The notes: a model not told the origin generated them from the sequence alone. A DNA stretch of 64,000 bases from Eledone cirrhosa (GCA_964016885.1 OZ024740.1:210180001-210244000), one strand, 5' to 3'. Shown: positions 14,231 to 25,830, counted from the first letter of the stretch. Translations and numbers: made by a program.

Positions 14231-14407
14231 TTATAATATTATATATATATTGTTATACTTTGGGAGGGCCATGTTGCCAATAAGAAACACACGCACCAGT
14301 TGCTTTCACTTCAATTTAATTTAATATATATTTATAAATTTACAAATTTATAAATTTCTGGTTGGTTGGTTGGTTCCACAACCAGATAGTTGTTTATATA
14401 TATATAT

Positions 14408-14452
14408 AGTCATAGTTCTTTCGTCACACACTCTGTGACCTCTTCAGTGACT
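14408..14452 (-). ncRNA. Minimal type I hammerhead in the 3' pseudo-LTR
   Basis: Minus strand: agtca-CUGAAGA-g-gtcac-agagtgt-gtgac-GAAA-gaac-UA-tgact. Confidence 0.88.
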
Positions 14453-14749
14453 GGGGATTTCTTTCTTCGTTTCTGTGCCTTTCCTTTCTTCTATCCTACG
14501 CCATTTTGTTTGTGTGTGGGTTGCGTGCTCAGTTTGCGCATGCGCCACATCCGGGTGTCTGTGTGTGTTTGTGTTCATTTTTCTATTTTTCTATTTATAT
14601 TTGTTTGTTTATTTATTTATTTATTGTTGGTTGGTTGTTTGTTCTATGTGTGTGTGTGTTTTCATTTTGTCTTGTGTGTGTTTTCATTTTGTGTGTGTTT
14701 TCAATTGTAAGTTGTTTGTTCTATGTGTGTGTGTGTTTTCATTTTGTCC

Positions 14750-17700
14750 TTAATTGTAAGTTGTGATGTTGCTGTTCCACTCATATTTTCTATTTAATTT
14801 TGGTTTTAATTCTTTTATGCTTACTGCCTCTGTAATTTGCCTAAACATTGCGTCTTTCTTGTGTGTGGATTCTATTTTTATTTCTATGCTCTCTAATTTA
14901 CCCCTGTGTTCTATCTTAGCATGTTGGTAGAGCACAGATGATTCTTTACTATCTTGGAGGTCTCGCCAGTGTTCATTTATTCGTTCCCCTATACTACGAG
15001 CTGTCTCACCTATGTACACTATATTTTTGTTTCTACATTGTCCTTCAGTACATCTTATGCTATATACTACATTTCTAGTTTTACAGTTAATATGGGGGCT
15101 TATTTTACAGGTTATACATTTCTTATCTATACATGAGGGTCTTTGGAACGGGTATGTCTTGCTAATAAGTGTTTTTACGGAGGTACCAGGTCTTTCTACT
15201 ATCTTAATATTGAGATTATGTTTCTTTAGGGCCCTTCTAAATTTGTAGGCTAGTTCGCCTCTAGGGGTTGTATTGATGAACATTACACTCTGGTATTTAT
15301 TGCTATCATACCATGAGTTTATTCTATTGGCCTTGTTCTTAGTTCTTTCTATTCTATTCCAAAATTTGCTCCTATACAAGGGGCAGGTCCCATTTATGTC
15401 ATTATTTACCATTTTTTCCCATTTGGTTCTGGCTCCTTTATACACTCTGATTCTATCTCTCTGATTGTAGCCAGAGAACTGCATACGGTGGATGAAGTGT
15501 TGTATGTGTCTCTCTAGTTCTTCGGGGTTGCACATGCGGGACACATTTCTCATCACCCGTATCAAATCCGCAATCAGTATGTTGATTTTGGTATGGTCCG
15601 AAATGGCCGAGTTTCGGTGGATCAGATGTTTGGAAGTCATGGGTTTGGCATAATGGGAATGGAGGATTTGTTTTTGGTTGTTAATAGTATCTAACCAGAG
15701 CTCTGTGTCTAGTACAGGTAATCGATGGTTGGGGTGTCTACTTGGGTAGTCTATAGTAACTCTAATGCTCTGGTGGATGGAGTTTGCTATTTGCTGGATG
15801 CTTTCCATTGTGTTTTTCTCTGGTTCCTGACTGTTCTTTAGTGGGGGTGTCTTAACTACGATGTTTATATCATCTACGTAGCGGGAGTACATTATCAGGG
15901 TTAAGCTGTCTTCTAATTGTTCTTTAAGTTTTTGTTTAAGTCTACTGTCCCACCATACCATGAACAAGTTAGCTATGTCGCCTGCAATGCTAACACCAAT
16001 GGCTGCTCCTTCCTCTTGGGCATATGTTTTACCATTAAATTTGAACATATGTTCCTTAAGGGTTAATTTTATGCTGGCCCCTACCGCATGTGCAATCATT
16101 TTCTTCAGTTCATCGTGGTTTTCGGGTGTCCGTATGGCTCTGGTCCACCCGTTCCATCTATCTGTGTGGGTTTTCTTGGCCATTGAGGTAATGGTAGGTG
16201 GTCTGCCTCTTGCTGGTCTTGTAGGGCACAGGTTGCTAAGGTCATAAGTGCCTAGGTAACTATTACTATGGGTAAGCTTAAGTAGAAGTCCCAGCTCACT
16301 GGTATCAATCCCACGGAACTCAACCTTGCTCTCGCTGATCATTTCGACGCATTTCTCCACAGCAAAATCCACGTCAATAGATGGATACAGGGACACAACA
16401 TCCATACTGCCTATTATGCAGTTTGTTAGGTCCCCAGATCGGTTACCCGCGCCGATTCTGCTGAGGAGGTCCTCCGTGCTGTCACACACATCTGGGGACA
16501 TCTCAATGATGGGGCGTATGATCAGGGAGAGGAAGTAGGACAGTCTGTAGTTACTAGCAATGTTAGCCCCACAGACTGGCCGTGTTGGTGGTCCCGCGAC
16601 AGGGTCCCAGCCCGTTTTATGGTCTTTTCGAAGCCCATACAACGCCGGCACGTCATTGTTCCAGGCCTGGAAGTTGTTGGCAGTCCTTTTGTTGGGCTGC
16701 ATTATATTTGTCCACATCACCATATGGGCATTGAGGGTTTTTTCTCTATCCTCATGCTCCTGTGGTGTTACCTCTCTTGTGTTAGTGATGTGGGGTTGCA
16801 TTGCCTGGATGTAGTTTGGCAGGCTGTCAACCGACATTCTGCCAGACTTGTCTGTTGGAAAGCATGCTATCTCTCCATTACGCGAGCGCTGCATGAGCTT
16901 ACGCAAGCCTTTTGCAGATTCTTCTCCCAGTTGCTGGGCCTCTATTCTATTATGCTTCTTGCTATACTGTTCTATAATATTTCTAAGTTCGGATTTAGCT
17001 ATACTAAATTGTGCTTCTGTTTGTTCATCGACCTGCGACGGCAACTGCGTGCGTTTGTTAAATGGCAAAGTCGTGGCGTGGACTCGTCGTAGGTCGAATG
17101 ATTTATCGGAGTGGTTATAAAACGGAGAGTTCCAGGCTGCTGCTTTATGTGTATTAGTGCTATTGTTAGTTGTGTTGTTTCTATTTCCACCAACAGCAGC
17201 AGCCTCAGCTTCATGGTTGTTTCTATGTCTCTCATAATTACTCCTGTCTCTTTCCACTGGCTCAATGTTGTTATCTACCCTATTTTGTGTGTCTGTGTGT
17301 TCGTCTTGGTTATTCTCTTTGTCCTTAGTCTCCCTACTCCTTTTAATCCTATTACTTTCTCTTATTTCTCTGATTTCTGTGCTACTGTCATTACTTGTTT
17401 TCTGTGTCTGTGTGTTTGTTAAGATTGTAGTGGTGGTGAGAGGCATTGAATGTGTGTGTGTTGTTGTTGATGTGTGTTGTTGTTGATGTGTGTTGTTGTC
17501 TCCGTGTGTGTGTGTGTTATCGTTGTTGTGTGTGTTGTTATTGTTGTTTGTGTTTGCGTGTCTGTTGTTGTTGTATCTGGGTATGTTGCTGTTGTTGTTG
17601 TTGTTGATGTGTGTGTTGTTGTTATTGTTGTCTCCGTGTGTGTTGTTATTGTTGTTTGTGTCTGCGTGTCTGTTGTATCTGGGTATGTTGCTATTGTTGG

Positions 17701-18553
17701 TGTTGTATCTGGGTATGTTGCTATTGTTGTTGTTATTGTTGTTTGTGTCTGTGTGTCTGTTGTTGTTGGGATGTGTGTTGTATATGTGTGTGCGTATATT
17801 GTTGCTTTTGTTTTTGTTTTTGATGCTCCAGCGTAGTTTCGTAAATGATTTCTCTATTTCTGACAGACAACTAATCATATTTACCTTCTTGAATGTCGCA
17901 AATTTGGGTGGCAGACGTAACACAGACATTTCATTATTATCTATTTTCGTGTTTCCATAAATGTTGGTATTTTCATTGTTGAACTCTTCAGATAATGAGG
18001 TGTCGGCCATGTTGATACCGTCAATTTTGTCGGGATATCTATTGGTATACTCTATAGTATCCCGATTTAGCTTTGCCTGTTTAAGCCACTTTAATTTTCT
18101 GTTAAAGTGCTTATTACATTCTTGAGTAATGTACTGTTCTTCGGGGCGTATAAGGCTTATAAATGTTAGTTTTTCTGCTGGTGTGGTGATTTTAGATATT
18201 TCATCTATTAGGTTACGCTTTAGTTTTTCTTGATGACTTAATTCTCTATAGATCTTCTTTTTTATGTTTAGAATTAAAGTTCGTTTTAGCCTATCTGCTT
18301 GTTTTTTGGTGAGTTGTAATCTTCTAACGTCGGTATTGATGGTGTTGGTGTAGATTCTAGAAGTGGTGCACAGTTTTATGAAGTGTAGTTGTCGAGATGT
18401 TATGGTTTTTCGTAGACAACAGAACATGGTGGTTTTCAGTATCTTGTTAGCCTGGCTAAGGCTTACGATATTTCGTTTCTGAATTTGTTTAGCAAGATTC
18501 TTTATCTGAAATCGTGTGTTGAAACCGATATTGTTATACTTTGGGAGGGCCAT
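14750..18553 (-). CDS. PLE polyprotein: reverse transcriptase plus C-terminal GIY-YIG endonuclease (about 1267 aa from ATG 18553)
   Basis: PTDKSG, LYGLRKDHK, TRPVC, SMDVVSLYPSI, QEEGAAIG, YSRYVDD, LPVLD, NVVYSIRC..VYIGETARSIGERINEH, RQITEAVSI..LN; uninterrupted frame. Confidence 0.96.
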   Translation of the reverse strand: MALPKYNNIGFNTRFQIKNLAKQIQKRNIVSLSQANKILKTTMFCCLRKTITSRQLHFIKLCTTSRIYTNTINTDVRRLQLTKKQADRLKRTLILNIKKKIYRELSHQEKLKRNLIDEISKITTPAEKLTFISLIRPEEQYITQECNKHFNRKLKWLKQAKLNRDTIEYTNRYPDKIDGINMADTSLSEEFNNENTNIYGNTKIDNNEMSVLRLPPKFATFKKVNMISCLSEIEKSFTKLRWSIKNKNKSNNIRTHIYNTHPNNNRHTDTNNNNNNNSNIPRYNTNNSNIPRYNRHADTNNNNNTHGDNNNNNTHINNNNNSNIPRYNNNRHANTNNNNNTHNNDNTHTHGDNNTHQQQHTSTTTHTHSMPLTTTTILTNTQTQKTSNDSSTEIREIRESNRIKRSRETKDKENNQDEHTDTQNRVDNNIEPVERDRSNYERHRNNHEAEAAAVGGNRNNTTNNSTNTHKAAAWNSPFYNHSDKSFDLRRVHATTLPFNKRTQLPSQVDEQTEAQFSIAKSELRNIIEQYSKKHNRIEAQQLGEESAKGLRKLMQRSRNGEIACFPTDKSGRMSVDSLPNYIQAMQPHITNTREVTPQEHEDREKTLNAHMVMWTNIMQPNKRTANNFQAWNNDVPALYGLRKDHKTGWDPVAGPPTRPVCGANIASNYRLSYFLSLIIRPIIEMSPDVCDSTEDLLSRIGAGNRSGDLTNCIIGSMDVVSLYPSIDVDFAVEKCVEMISESKVEFRGIDTSELGLLLKLTHSNSYLGTYDLSNLCPTRPARGRPPTITSMAKKTHTDRWNGWTRAIRTPENHDELKKMIAHAVGASIKLTLKEHMFKFNGKTYAQEEGAAIGVSIAGDIANLFMVWWDSRLKQKLKEQLEDSLTLIMYSRYVDDINIVVKTPPLKNSQEPEKNTMESIQQIANSIHQSIRVTIDYPSRHPNHRLPVLDTELWLDTINNQKQILHSHYAKPMTSKHLIHRNSAISDHTKINILIADLIRVMRNVSRMCNPEELERHIQHFIHRMQFSGYNQRDRIRVYKGARTKWEKMVNNDINGTCPLYRSKFWNRIERTKNKANRINSWYDSNKYQSVMFINTTPRGELAYKFRRALKKHNLNIKIVERPGTSVKTLISKTYPFQRPSCIDKKCITCKISPHINCKTRNVVYSIRCTEGQCRNKNIVYIGETARSIGERINEHWRDLQDSKESSVLYQHAKIEHRGKLESIEIKIESTHKKDAMFRQITEAVSIKELKPKLNRKYEWNSNITTYN

Positions 18554-18688
18554 GTTGCCAATAAGAAACACACGCACCAGTTGCTTTCACTTCAATTTAA
18601 TTTAATATATATTTATAAATTTACAAATTTATAAATTTCTGGTTGGTTGGTTGGTTCCACAACCAGATAGTTGTTTATATATATATAT

Positions 18689-18733
18689 AGTCATAGTTCT
18701 TTCGTCACACACTCTGTGACCTCTTCAGTGACT
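18689..18733 (-). ncRNA. Minimal type I hammerhead in the 5' pseudo-LTR
   Basis: Identical to 14408-14452 at offset 4281, about 135 nt upstream of the ATG. Confidence 0.88.
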
Positions 18734-19030
18734 GGGGATTTCTTTCTTCGTTTCTGTGCCTTTCCTTTCTTCTATCCTACGCCATTTTGTTTGTGTGTGG
18801 GTTGCGTGCTCAGTTTGCGCATGCGCCACATCCGGGTGTCTGTGTGTGTTTGTGTTCATTTTTCTATTTTTCTATTTATATTTGTTTGTTTATTTATTTA
18901 TTTATTGTTGGTTGGTTGTTTGTTCTATGTGTGTGTGTGTTTTCATTTTGTCTTGTGTGTGTTTTCATTTTGTGTGTGTTTTCAATTGTAAGTTGTTTGT
19001 TCTATGTGTGTGTGTGTTTTCATTTTGTCC

Positions 19031-19896
19031 TTAATTGTAAGTTGTGATGTTGCTGTTCCACTCATATTTTCTATTTAATTTTGGTTTTAATTCTTTTATG
19101 CTTACTGCCTCTGTAATTTGCCTAAACATTGCGTCTTTCTTGTGTGTGGATTCTATTTTTATTTCTATGCTCTCTAATTTACCCCTGTGTTCTATCTTAG
19201 CATGTTGGTAGAGCACAGATGATTCTTTACTATCTTGGAGGTCTCGCCAGTGTTCATTTATTCGTTCCCCTATACTACGAGCTGTCTCACCTATGTACAC
19301 TATATTTTTGTTTCTACATTGTCCTTCAGTACATCTTATGCTATATACTACATTTCTAGTTTTACAGTTAATATGGGGGCTTATTTTACAGGTTATACAT
19401 TTCTTATCTATACATGAGGGTCTTTGGAACGGGTATGTCTTGCTAATAAGTGTTTTTACGGAGGTACCAGGTCTTTCTACTATCTTAATATTGAGATTAT
19501 GTTTCTTTAGGGCCCTTCTAAATTTGTAGGCTAGTTCGCCTCTAGGGGTTGTATTGATGAACATTACACTCTGGTATTTATTGCTATCATACCATGAGTT
19601 TATTCTATTGGCCTTGTTCTTAGTTCTTTCTATTCTATTCCAAAATTTGCTCCTATACAAGGGGCAGGTCCCATTTATGTCATTATTTACCATTTTTTCC
19701 CATTTGGTTCTGGCTCCTTTATACACTCTGATTCTATCTCTCTGATTGTAGCCAGAGAACTGCATACGGTGGATGAAGTGTTGTATGTGTCTCTCTAGTT
19801 CTTCGGGGTTGCACATGCGGGACACATTTCTCATCACCCGTATCAAATCCGCAATCAGTATGTTGATTTTGGTATGGTCCGAAATGGCCGAGTTTC
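19031..19896 (-). pseudogene. Truncated duplicate of the PLE pol C-terminus (tandem copy)
   Basis: Translation is identical to the C-terminus of 14750-18553. Confidence 0.9.
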
Positions 19897-19915
19897 TGGT
19901 TAGTTTCTGGTTAGT

Positions 19916-20866
19916 TTCTGGTTAGATACTATTAACAACCAAAAACAAATCCTCCATTCCCATTATGCCAAACCCATGACTTCCAAACATCTGATCCACC
20001 GAAACTCGGCCATTTCGGACCATACCAAAATCAACATACTGATTGCGGATTTGATACGGGTGATGAGAAATGTGTCCCGCATGTGCAACCCCGAAGAACT
20101 AGAGAGACACATACAACACTTCATCCACCGTATGCAGTTCTCTGGCTACAATCAGAGAGATAGAATCAGAGTGTATAAAGGAGCCAGAACCAAATGGGAA
20201 AAAATGGTAAATAATGACATAAATGGGACCTGCCCCTTGTATAGGAGCAAATTTTGGAATAGAATAGAAAGAACTAAGAACAAGGCCAATAGAATAAACT
20301 CATGGTATGATAGCAATAAATACCAGAGTGTAATGTTCATCAATACAACCCCTAGAGGCGAACTAGCCTACAAATTTAGAAGGGCCCTAAAGAAACATAA
20401 TCTCAATATTAAGATAGTAGAAAGACCTGGTACCTCCGTAAAAACACTTATTAGCAAGACATACCCGTTCCAAAGACCCTCATGTATAGATAAGAAATGT
20501 ATAACCTGTAAAATAAGCCCCCATATTAACTGTAAAACTAGAAATGTAGTATATAGCATAAGATGTACTGAAGGACAATGTAGAAACAAAAATATAGTGT
20601 ACATAGGTGAGACAGCTCGTAGTATAGGGGAACGAATAAATGAACACTGGCGAGACCTCCAAGATAGTAAAGAATCATCTGTGCTCTACCAACATGCTAA
20701 GATAGAACACAGGGGTAAATTAGAGAGCATAGAAATAAAAATAGAATCCACACACAAGAAAGACGCAATGTTTAGGCAAATTACAGAGGCAGTAAGCATA
20801 AAAGAATTAAAACCAAAATTAAATAGAAAATATGAGTGGAACAGCAACATCACAACTTACAATTAA
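19916..20866 (+). pseudogene. Truncated inverted duplicate of the PLE pol C-terminus
   Basis: The 296-aa ORF is identical to the C-terminus of the full protein. Confidence 0.9.
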
Positions 20867-21163
20867 GGACAAAATGAAAACACACACACACATAGAACAA
20901 ACAACTTACAATTGAAAACACACACAAAATGAAAACACACACAAGACAAAATGAAAACACACACACACATAGAACAAACAACCAACCAACAATAAATAAA
21001 TAAATAAACAAACAAATATAAATAGAAAAATAGAAAAATGAACACAAACACACACAGACACCCGGATGTGGCGCATGCGCAAACTGAGCACGCAACCCAC
21101 ACACAAACAAAATGGCGTAGGATAGAAGAAAGGAAAGGCACAGAAACGAAGAAAGAAATCCCC

Positions 21164-21208
21164 AGTCACTGAAGAGGTCACAGAGTGTGTGACGAAAGAA
21201 CTATGACT
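21164..21208 (+). ncRNA. Minimal type I hammerhead in the inverted pseudo-LTR
   Basis: agtca CTGAAGA ggtcacagagtgtgtgac GAAA gaac TA tgact, read directly. Confidence 0.88.
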
Positions 21209-21423
21209 ATATATATATATAAACAACTATCTGGTTGTGGAACCAACCAACCAACCAGAAATTTATAAATTTGTAAATTTATAAATATATATTAAATTAA
21301 ATTGAAGTGAAAGCAACTGGTGCGTGTGTTTCTTATTGGCAACATGGCCCTCCCAAAGTATAACAATATCGGTTTCAACACACGATTTCAGATAAAGAAT
21401 CTTGCTAAACAAATTCAGAAACG

Positions 21424-21472
<49 letters not shown>

Positions 21473-22283
21473 GCCTCCCCCCCCCAAAAAAAAAAAATAT
21501 ATATATACACACACTTCAACACCATTCTACTAAATATTACCTGAACAGGTAATGAAAGTGTGTATATATTTTTGGGGGACACCGTATATATATATATATA
21601 CAAACAGAGAGAGAGAGAGAGAGAGGGGAGGAGAAGGGGGCAAGAAGATACTGTGTGTGTGTGCATGTAACCGTGTGTATGTGAGTGTATATATATATAT
21701 AGTAATAATAATCTGTTATTTTAATAAATATATGTGTGTGTGTGTGTCTGTGTATATAGATAGATAGATATCGATGAAGATGTTTTATAATGCCCTAAAG
21801 CGTTGTGTTGTTCAACCAGCTGTTTAGCCCCAGATCAGCCTTGACTCAACACACCTATATTCAAAAGCATCCCAGCCATGACCATCCAATACATTTCTCG
21901 GGCATTACACATTTAAGATTACATTATCAAAATTGCTCCCTTTTGTAGGCGGTAAGGTATAATTTGTTGATGATTTGGCTGCTATATCTATGGGTGAGAA
22001 AAACCATGTAGATGTTCTTTCGTTGATTTGAACCTGTCTGTGATGACGTCAATAACATCAGTTATTATCTTCAGCACTAAAACAGACCGATGTCGGTGGC
22101 GTGAAGAGGGGAGACTGTCATATATGTGTGACTGCTGGTCTTATACAAAAACACCTTTCCCAAGCTTGCACCTCGGAGGGGGACTTTCCAGATGCAAATA
22201 TCTTGGATAGTCGTGATCGATGGGGCTCTTTACTGTTATGCGCGCACACCCACACACACACGCGCGTGTGTGTGTGTGTTAAA

Positions 22284-22545
22284 GGCACGTGGCCTAGTGG
22301 TAAGGGTGTTGTACTTACGATCGTAATGTCGTGGATTCGATTCCTGGGCAGGGTTGTGTGTTGTGTTCTTGAGCAAAACATTTCATTTCACATTGCTCCA
22401 GTTTACTCAAATGAAAATGAGTACCAGCAATAGCTAGAGGGTAACACTGCGATGGATTGGCGTCCTGTCCAGGGAGAAGTCTGGTACTCTCAGTCGCTTC
22501 ACGCCAAGAAACCGGGATACGCACGGGCTCAACGCGCTGCTTGCA
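22284..22545 (+). mobile_element. tRNA-derived CORE-type SINE
   Basis: A box gtggcctagtggtaag, B box ggattcgattcc, CORE-like tgtgttcttgagcaaaacatttcatttc; a related decayed copy lies on the minus strand at about 44450-44555. Confidence 0.7.
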
Positions 22546-22568
22546 GCACACGAGGGCATGCATGCATG

Positions 22569-22625
<57 letters not shown>

Positions 22626-22630
<5 letters not shown>

Positions 22631-23262
22631 TATGTAACCCATTAGCAACCCGCAGCACATTTTTCTCATATTTACACTTATTTTTCCCCCGCTGTTACAC
22701 GTCTATTTCGTTCTTACTGCTTCCTCTTTCTCTGTATCTTTACCCTCTCTAGCAGTCACTCTCTCCGTTAGCCTCTTCCTCACCCTTCACTCACTCATTC
22801 TCTGTTACTACCTCTCCTCCTCCTTCTTCTTCCCATTTGACCTGTGCGTAATTCTTTTCTTTCGCACCCTTGGTCTGGCAGGTCGCTTTTTTTCTCTCTC
22901 TCTCGTCTACGATTTCACAGAACTTACGTTCACCGAAATCACAGACTAGATCCCTTCTTCCCCCCGTTAGACCTGTACGGAATTCCTTCCTTGCTTACAT
23001 TCCAACCAGGTTTGATGGTCTTTATTCTCTCTCGTTCACGATTTCACCGAATTTAAATTCATAGAAATTTGGGACTTGACTCCTTCTTCCTCACTTTCTG
23101 TTGCTTCACCATTTTGTTTGTTTACACTCGTGTCCCCTTTAATTACGTGTCCCAACGACTTTTTTTAGCCGTTGCTCGCACCAACCGGAGGTATATGGTC
23201 TTTAAAGCGATGAAATACCAATGATGGTTGGAAGATCACTGATGAAGGACTAACTTTATTCA

Positions 23263-23265
<3 letters not shown>
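22626..23265 (+). mobile_element. 632-nt non-coding unit between (TA)n tracts, circularly permuted relative to copies at 40.8-41.9 kb
   Basis: Begins and ends with attcatat (22626, 23258); about 22760-23262 is homologous to 41124-41910. Confidence 0.65.
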
Positions 23266-23348
<83 letters not shown>

Positions 23349-24502
23349 CAAGGGAGAAATAAAGTCAGAACAGACACTCACAACTCTGTTCACAATCCCA
23401 AACTATCACACTACTTTAATTATGACCACACACAGCTATATGCATAAGTACTCGCATACATACTTACGTAATACATGCGTACATACATAGTGTATATGTA
23501 TGTATACTGTGCACGTAGAGAAGAAAAACACACACAGCTAAATTTTATTATTGTACACAGATGCAATTTATTTTGTATACAACTACAGGAATCCACTTGT
23601 ATTCTGCCCCGCCTTCCATTGCACTTTATTATTTGCTTCCCTTTCCTGTAAAGGTATGGTAACATCTTCAGATTATTATCATTAAATAGCTAGGAGACTG
23701 ATAGGCCTGCTTCAGGAAGAGGTGATGTACTTTCTGTCAGGGTTAGACATGATGTATAAACTTATCTGATAGCTGCCTTATTTTTTTATCGAATAAACAG
23801 CGGTTCGGACGTGGCGAAGTTGTGGTGAAGGTGGTGGTTGGGATGATGGTGGAGATGATGGTGGTGTGGGTGGTGGGGGTTCAGTGGGGGATAGCAGGGG
23901 AATCAAACAGAAAAGGGGAAAACATCTGGAGCCTACCTACCTACCTACCTACCTACCTACCTACCTACCTACTTACTTCATCTTTTATAGACATCATCAC
24001 CGTCATTTTATTTTTGGTGTATTAAAGGAAAACGAGAAGATTGGACATGGGGGCAGGGATGATGTCATCAATATATGTTGTTGATGTTGTTGTTGTTGCA
24101 GCTCCCATTGGTTTAGATATCTCTGTTATAACTATAACTGTTGGTATTATTTACGATGATGACTATACTGATGCCGACGGGGATCAACATCATCATGAGA
24201 ATGGTGATGGTTTTTTGTTGCTATCCATTTTTTTTTCTTCTAAATATCAATTTTGACGTGTTTATTCTCCTCTTCAGATTCCTCTATTATCTTCCCTTAC
24301 TCATCACCATCACGACCTCTCTTCTCCCCTACAGACTCACGAAGCCATCTTTATGTGACTTACATACAAGTTATGTAATTGCTATTTATCAGTCTTCGTG
24401 TTTTATGCAATTTATAGAGAAGGCTCTATGTAGAATATGAGCTAAGGCTGGTAAAGCTATATACTATTTTTGTAACATGTATAAATGTATGTTACGCAAA
24501 CT

Positions 24503-24651
<149 letters not shown>

Positions 24652-24828
24652 ACGCACACACACACACACACACACAACCACACACACACACACAACCACA
24701 CACACACACAATCACATACACACACACACACACACGCTCATACACTCACACACACTCACACGCTTTCTCTCTATCACCCTGTCCCTCTCTCTTACACAAA
24801 CACACGATCAGAGTTCCTAACTCTTTAA

Positions 24829-25059
24829 CTACCAACACAGGTGACTAAATGAAAAGTCGCAATATCCCCGGTTCAATCCAACAACATTCAATGATTGCCT
24901 TTGAGATTTATTGATGTTTATGATGAAACTGAGCTTGACAGGGAAATAAAACCATTGAAATTCATCTTGATGTTGTTTATATTTGCAATGGGGTCTCCGT
25001 GTGAAATTGGACGGTAATATCATGGGTCGGCCAATATTTCGAAGGGGAATGTTGTCCAC
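24829..25059 (-). pseudogene. Internally deleted Helitron RepHel remnant
   Basis: IGRPMILPSNFTRRPH..QHQD (Rep-region ILPSSFxGxPR..YQD motif) joined to FPVKLSFIININKSQRQSLNVVGL (Pif1 motif FPxxLAFAMTINKSQGQSL). Confidence 0.75.
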
Positions 25060-25281
25060 AGCACTTCACTACTCTTGTTTCCTTATCTCAATTTTTAAAT
25101 ATGTATATATATATATATATATATAATTGGTGTTGGATGCTAAGAGCGTCGGTGTGCGGTAGGTTCGATCATCACATCGATCGTGCCTTGAGCTGGTCGC
25201 CAGAGAAACGATTGTAATATGTCCAATAAATTCCATTCGTCGCAACACTGATTCTCTTTTTTTCTGTGATATATATATATA

Positions 25282-25475
25282 TTAAAATAACAGATTAAAG
25301 TTTAAGCAAAGAATCGCTGCTTTCACCCTTAACGGGATCTTCTGAAAGCAGCGATTCTTTGCTTAAACTTTAATGTTATTTTGATAAATATTTGCTCTAC
25401 GGTTCTTATATATTTGATATATATTTATCCTTATCGAGCCCTCTTTGGATTTTAGTTCTTCACATTTATTATTAT

Positions 25476-25520
<45 letters not shown>

Positions 25521-25830
25521 TAACAGATTAAAGTTTAAGCAAAGAATCGCTGCTTTCATACTTAACGGGATCTTCTGAAACGAAAAAAATCAATCTGTGA
25601 ACGAAGAAGTAAATATTTCGAAAAACTTTGCAACCGAAGGAAAACAGGAAGACGATATTTTGGTTCGTGAAGACGTTCCCTGGCAATGAACGGAAAAACG
25701 CGAAGATAATACGTCGTTATGTGGAGCGTTGAGAACAAATACACGCAAAGACAAAACCACGTTTATGGTATAAATGGAGTCAGACTAATATTCTATTTAG
25801 GAAACCGAATGATTCTCGGCATCGAAGTTA
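25282..25830 (-). mobile_element. Helitron-like internal modules, partly fold-back
   Basis: aataacagattaaagtttaagcaaagaatcgctgctttc module and its reverse complement; matches 12.2-12.4 kb and 37.2-37.4 kb. Confidence 0.55.

Larger units (their letters stand above)
14247..21425 (-). mobile_element. Full-length young PLE array: complete unit, upstream tandem partial copy (18528-19896) and inverted partial copy (about 19916-21425), in (TA)n
   Basis: 14247-15615 is repeated at 18528-19896 (offset 4281); the inverted arm encodes the identical C-terminal 296 aa. Classic PLE tandem/inverted architecture. Confidence 0.97.

Noticed and set aside
14247-19896. LTR retrotransposon (long direct repeats around an RT)
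   Set aside because: The repeats include the ORF 3' end, there is no gag, protease, integrase or primer-binding site, and a GIY-YIG domain is present; these are PLE pseudo-LTRs.
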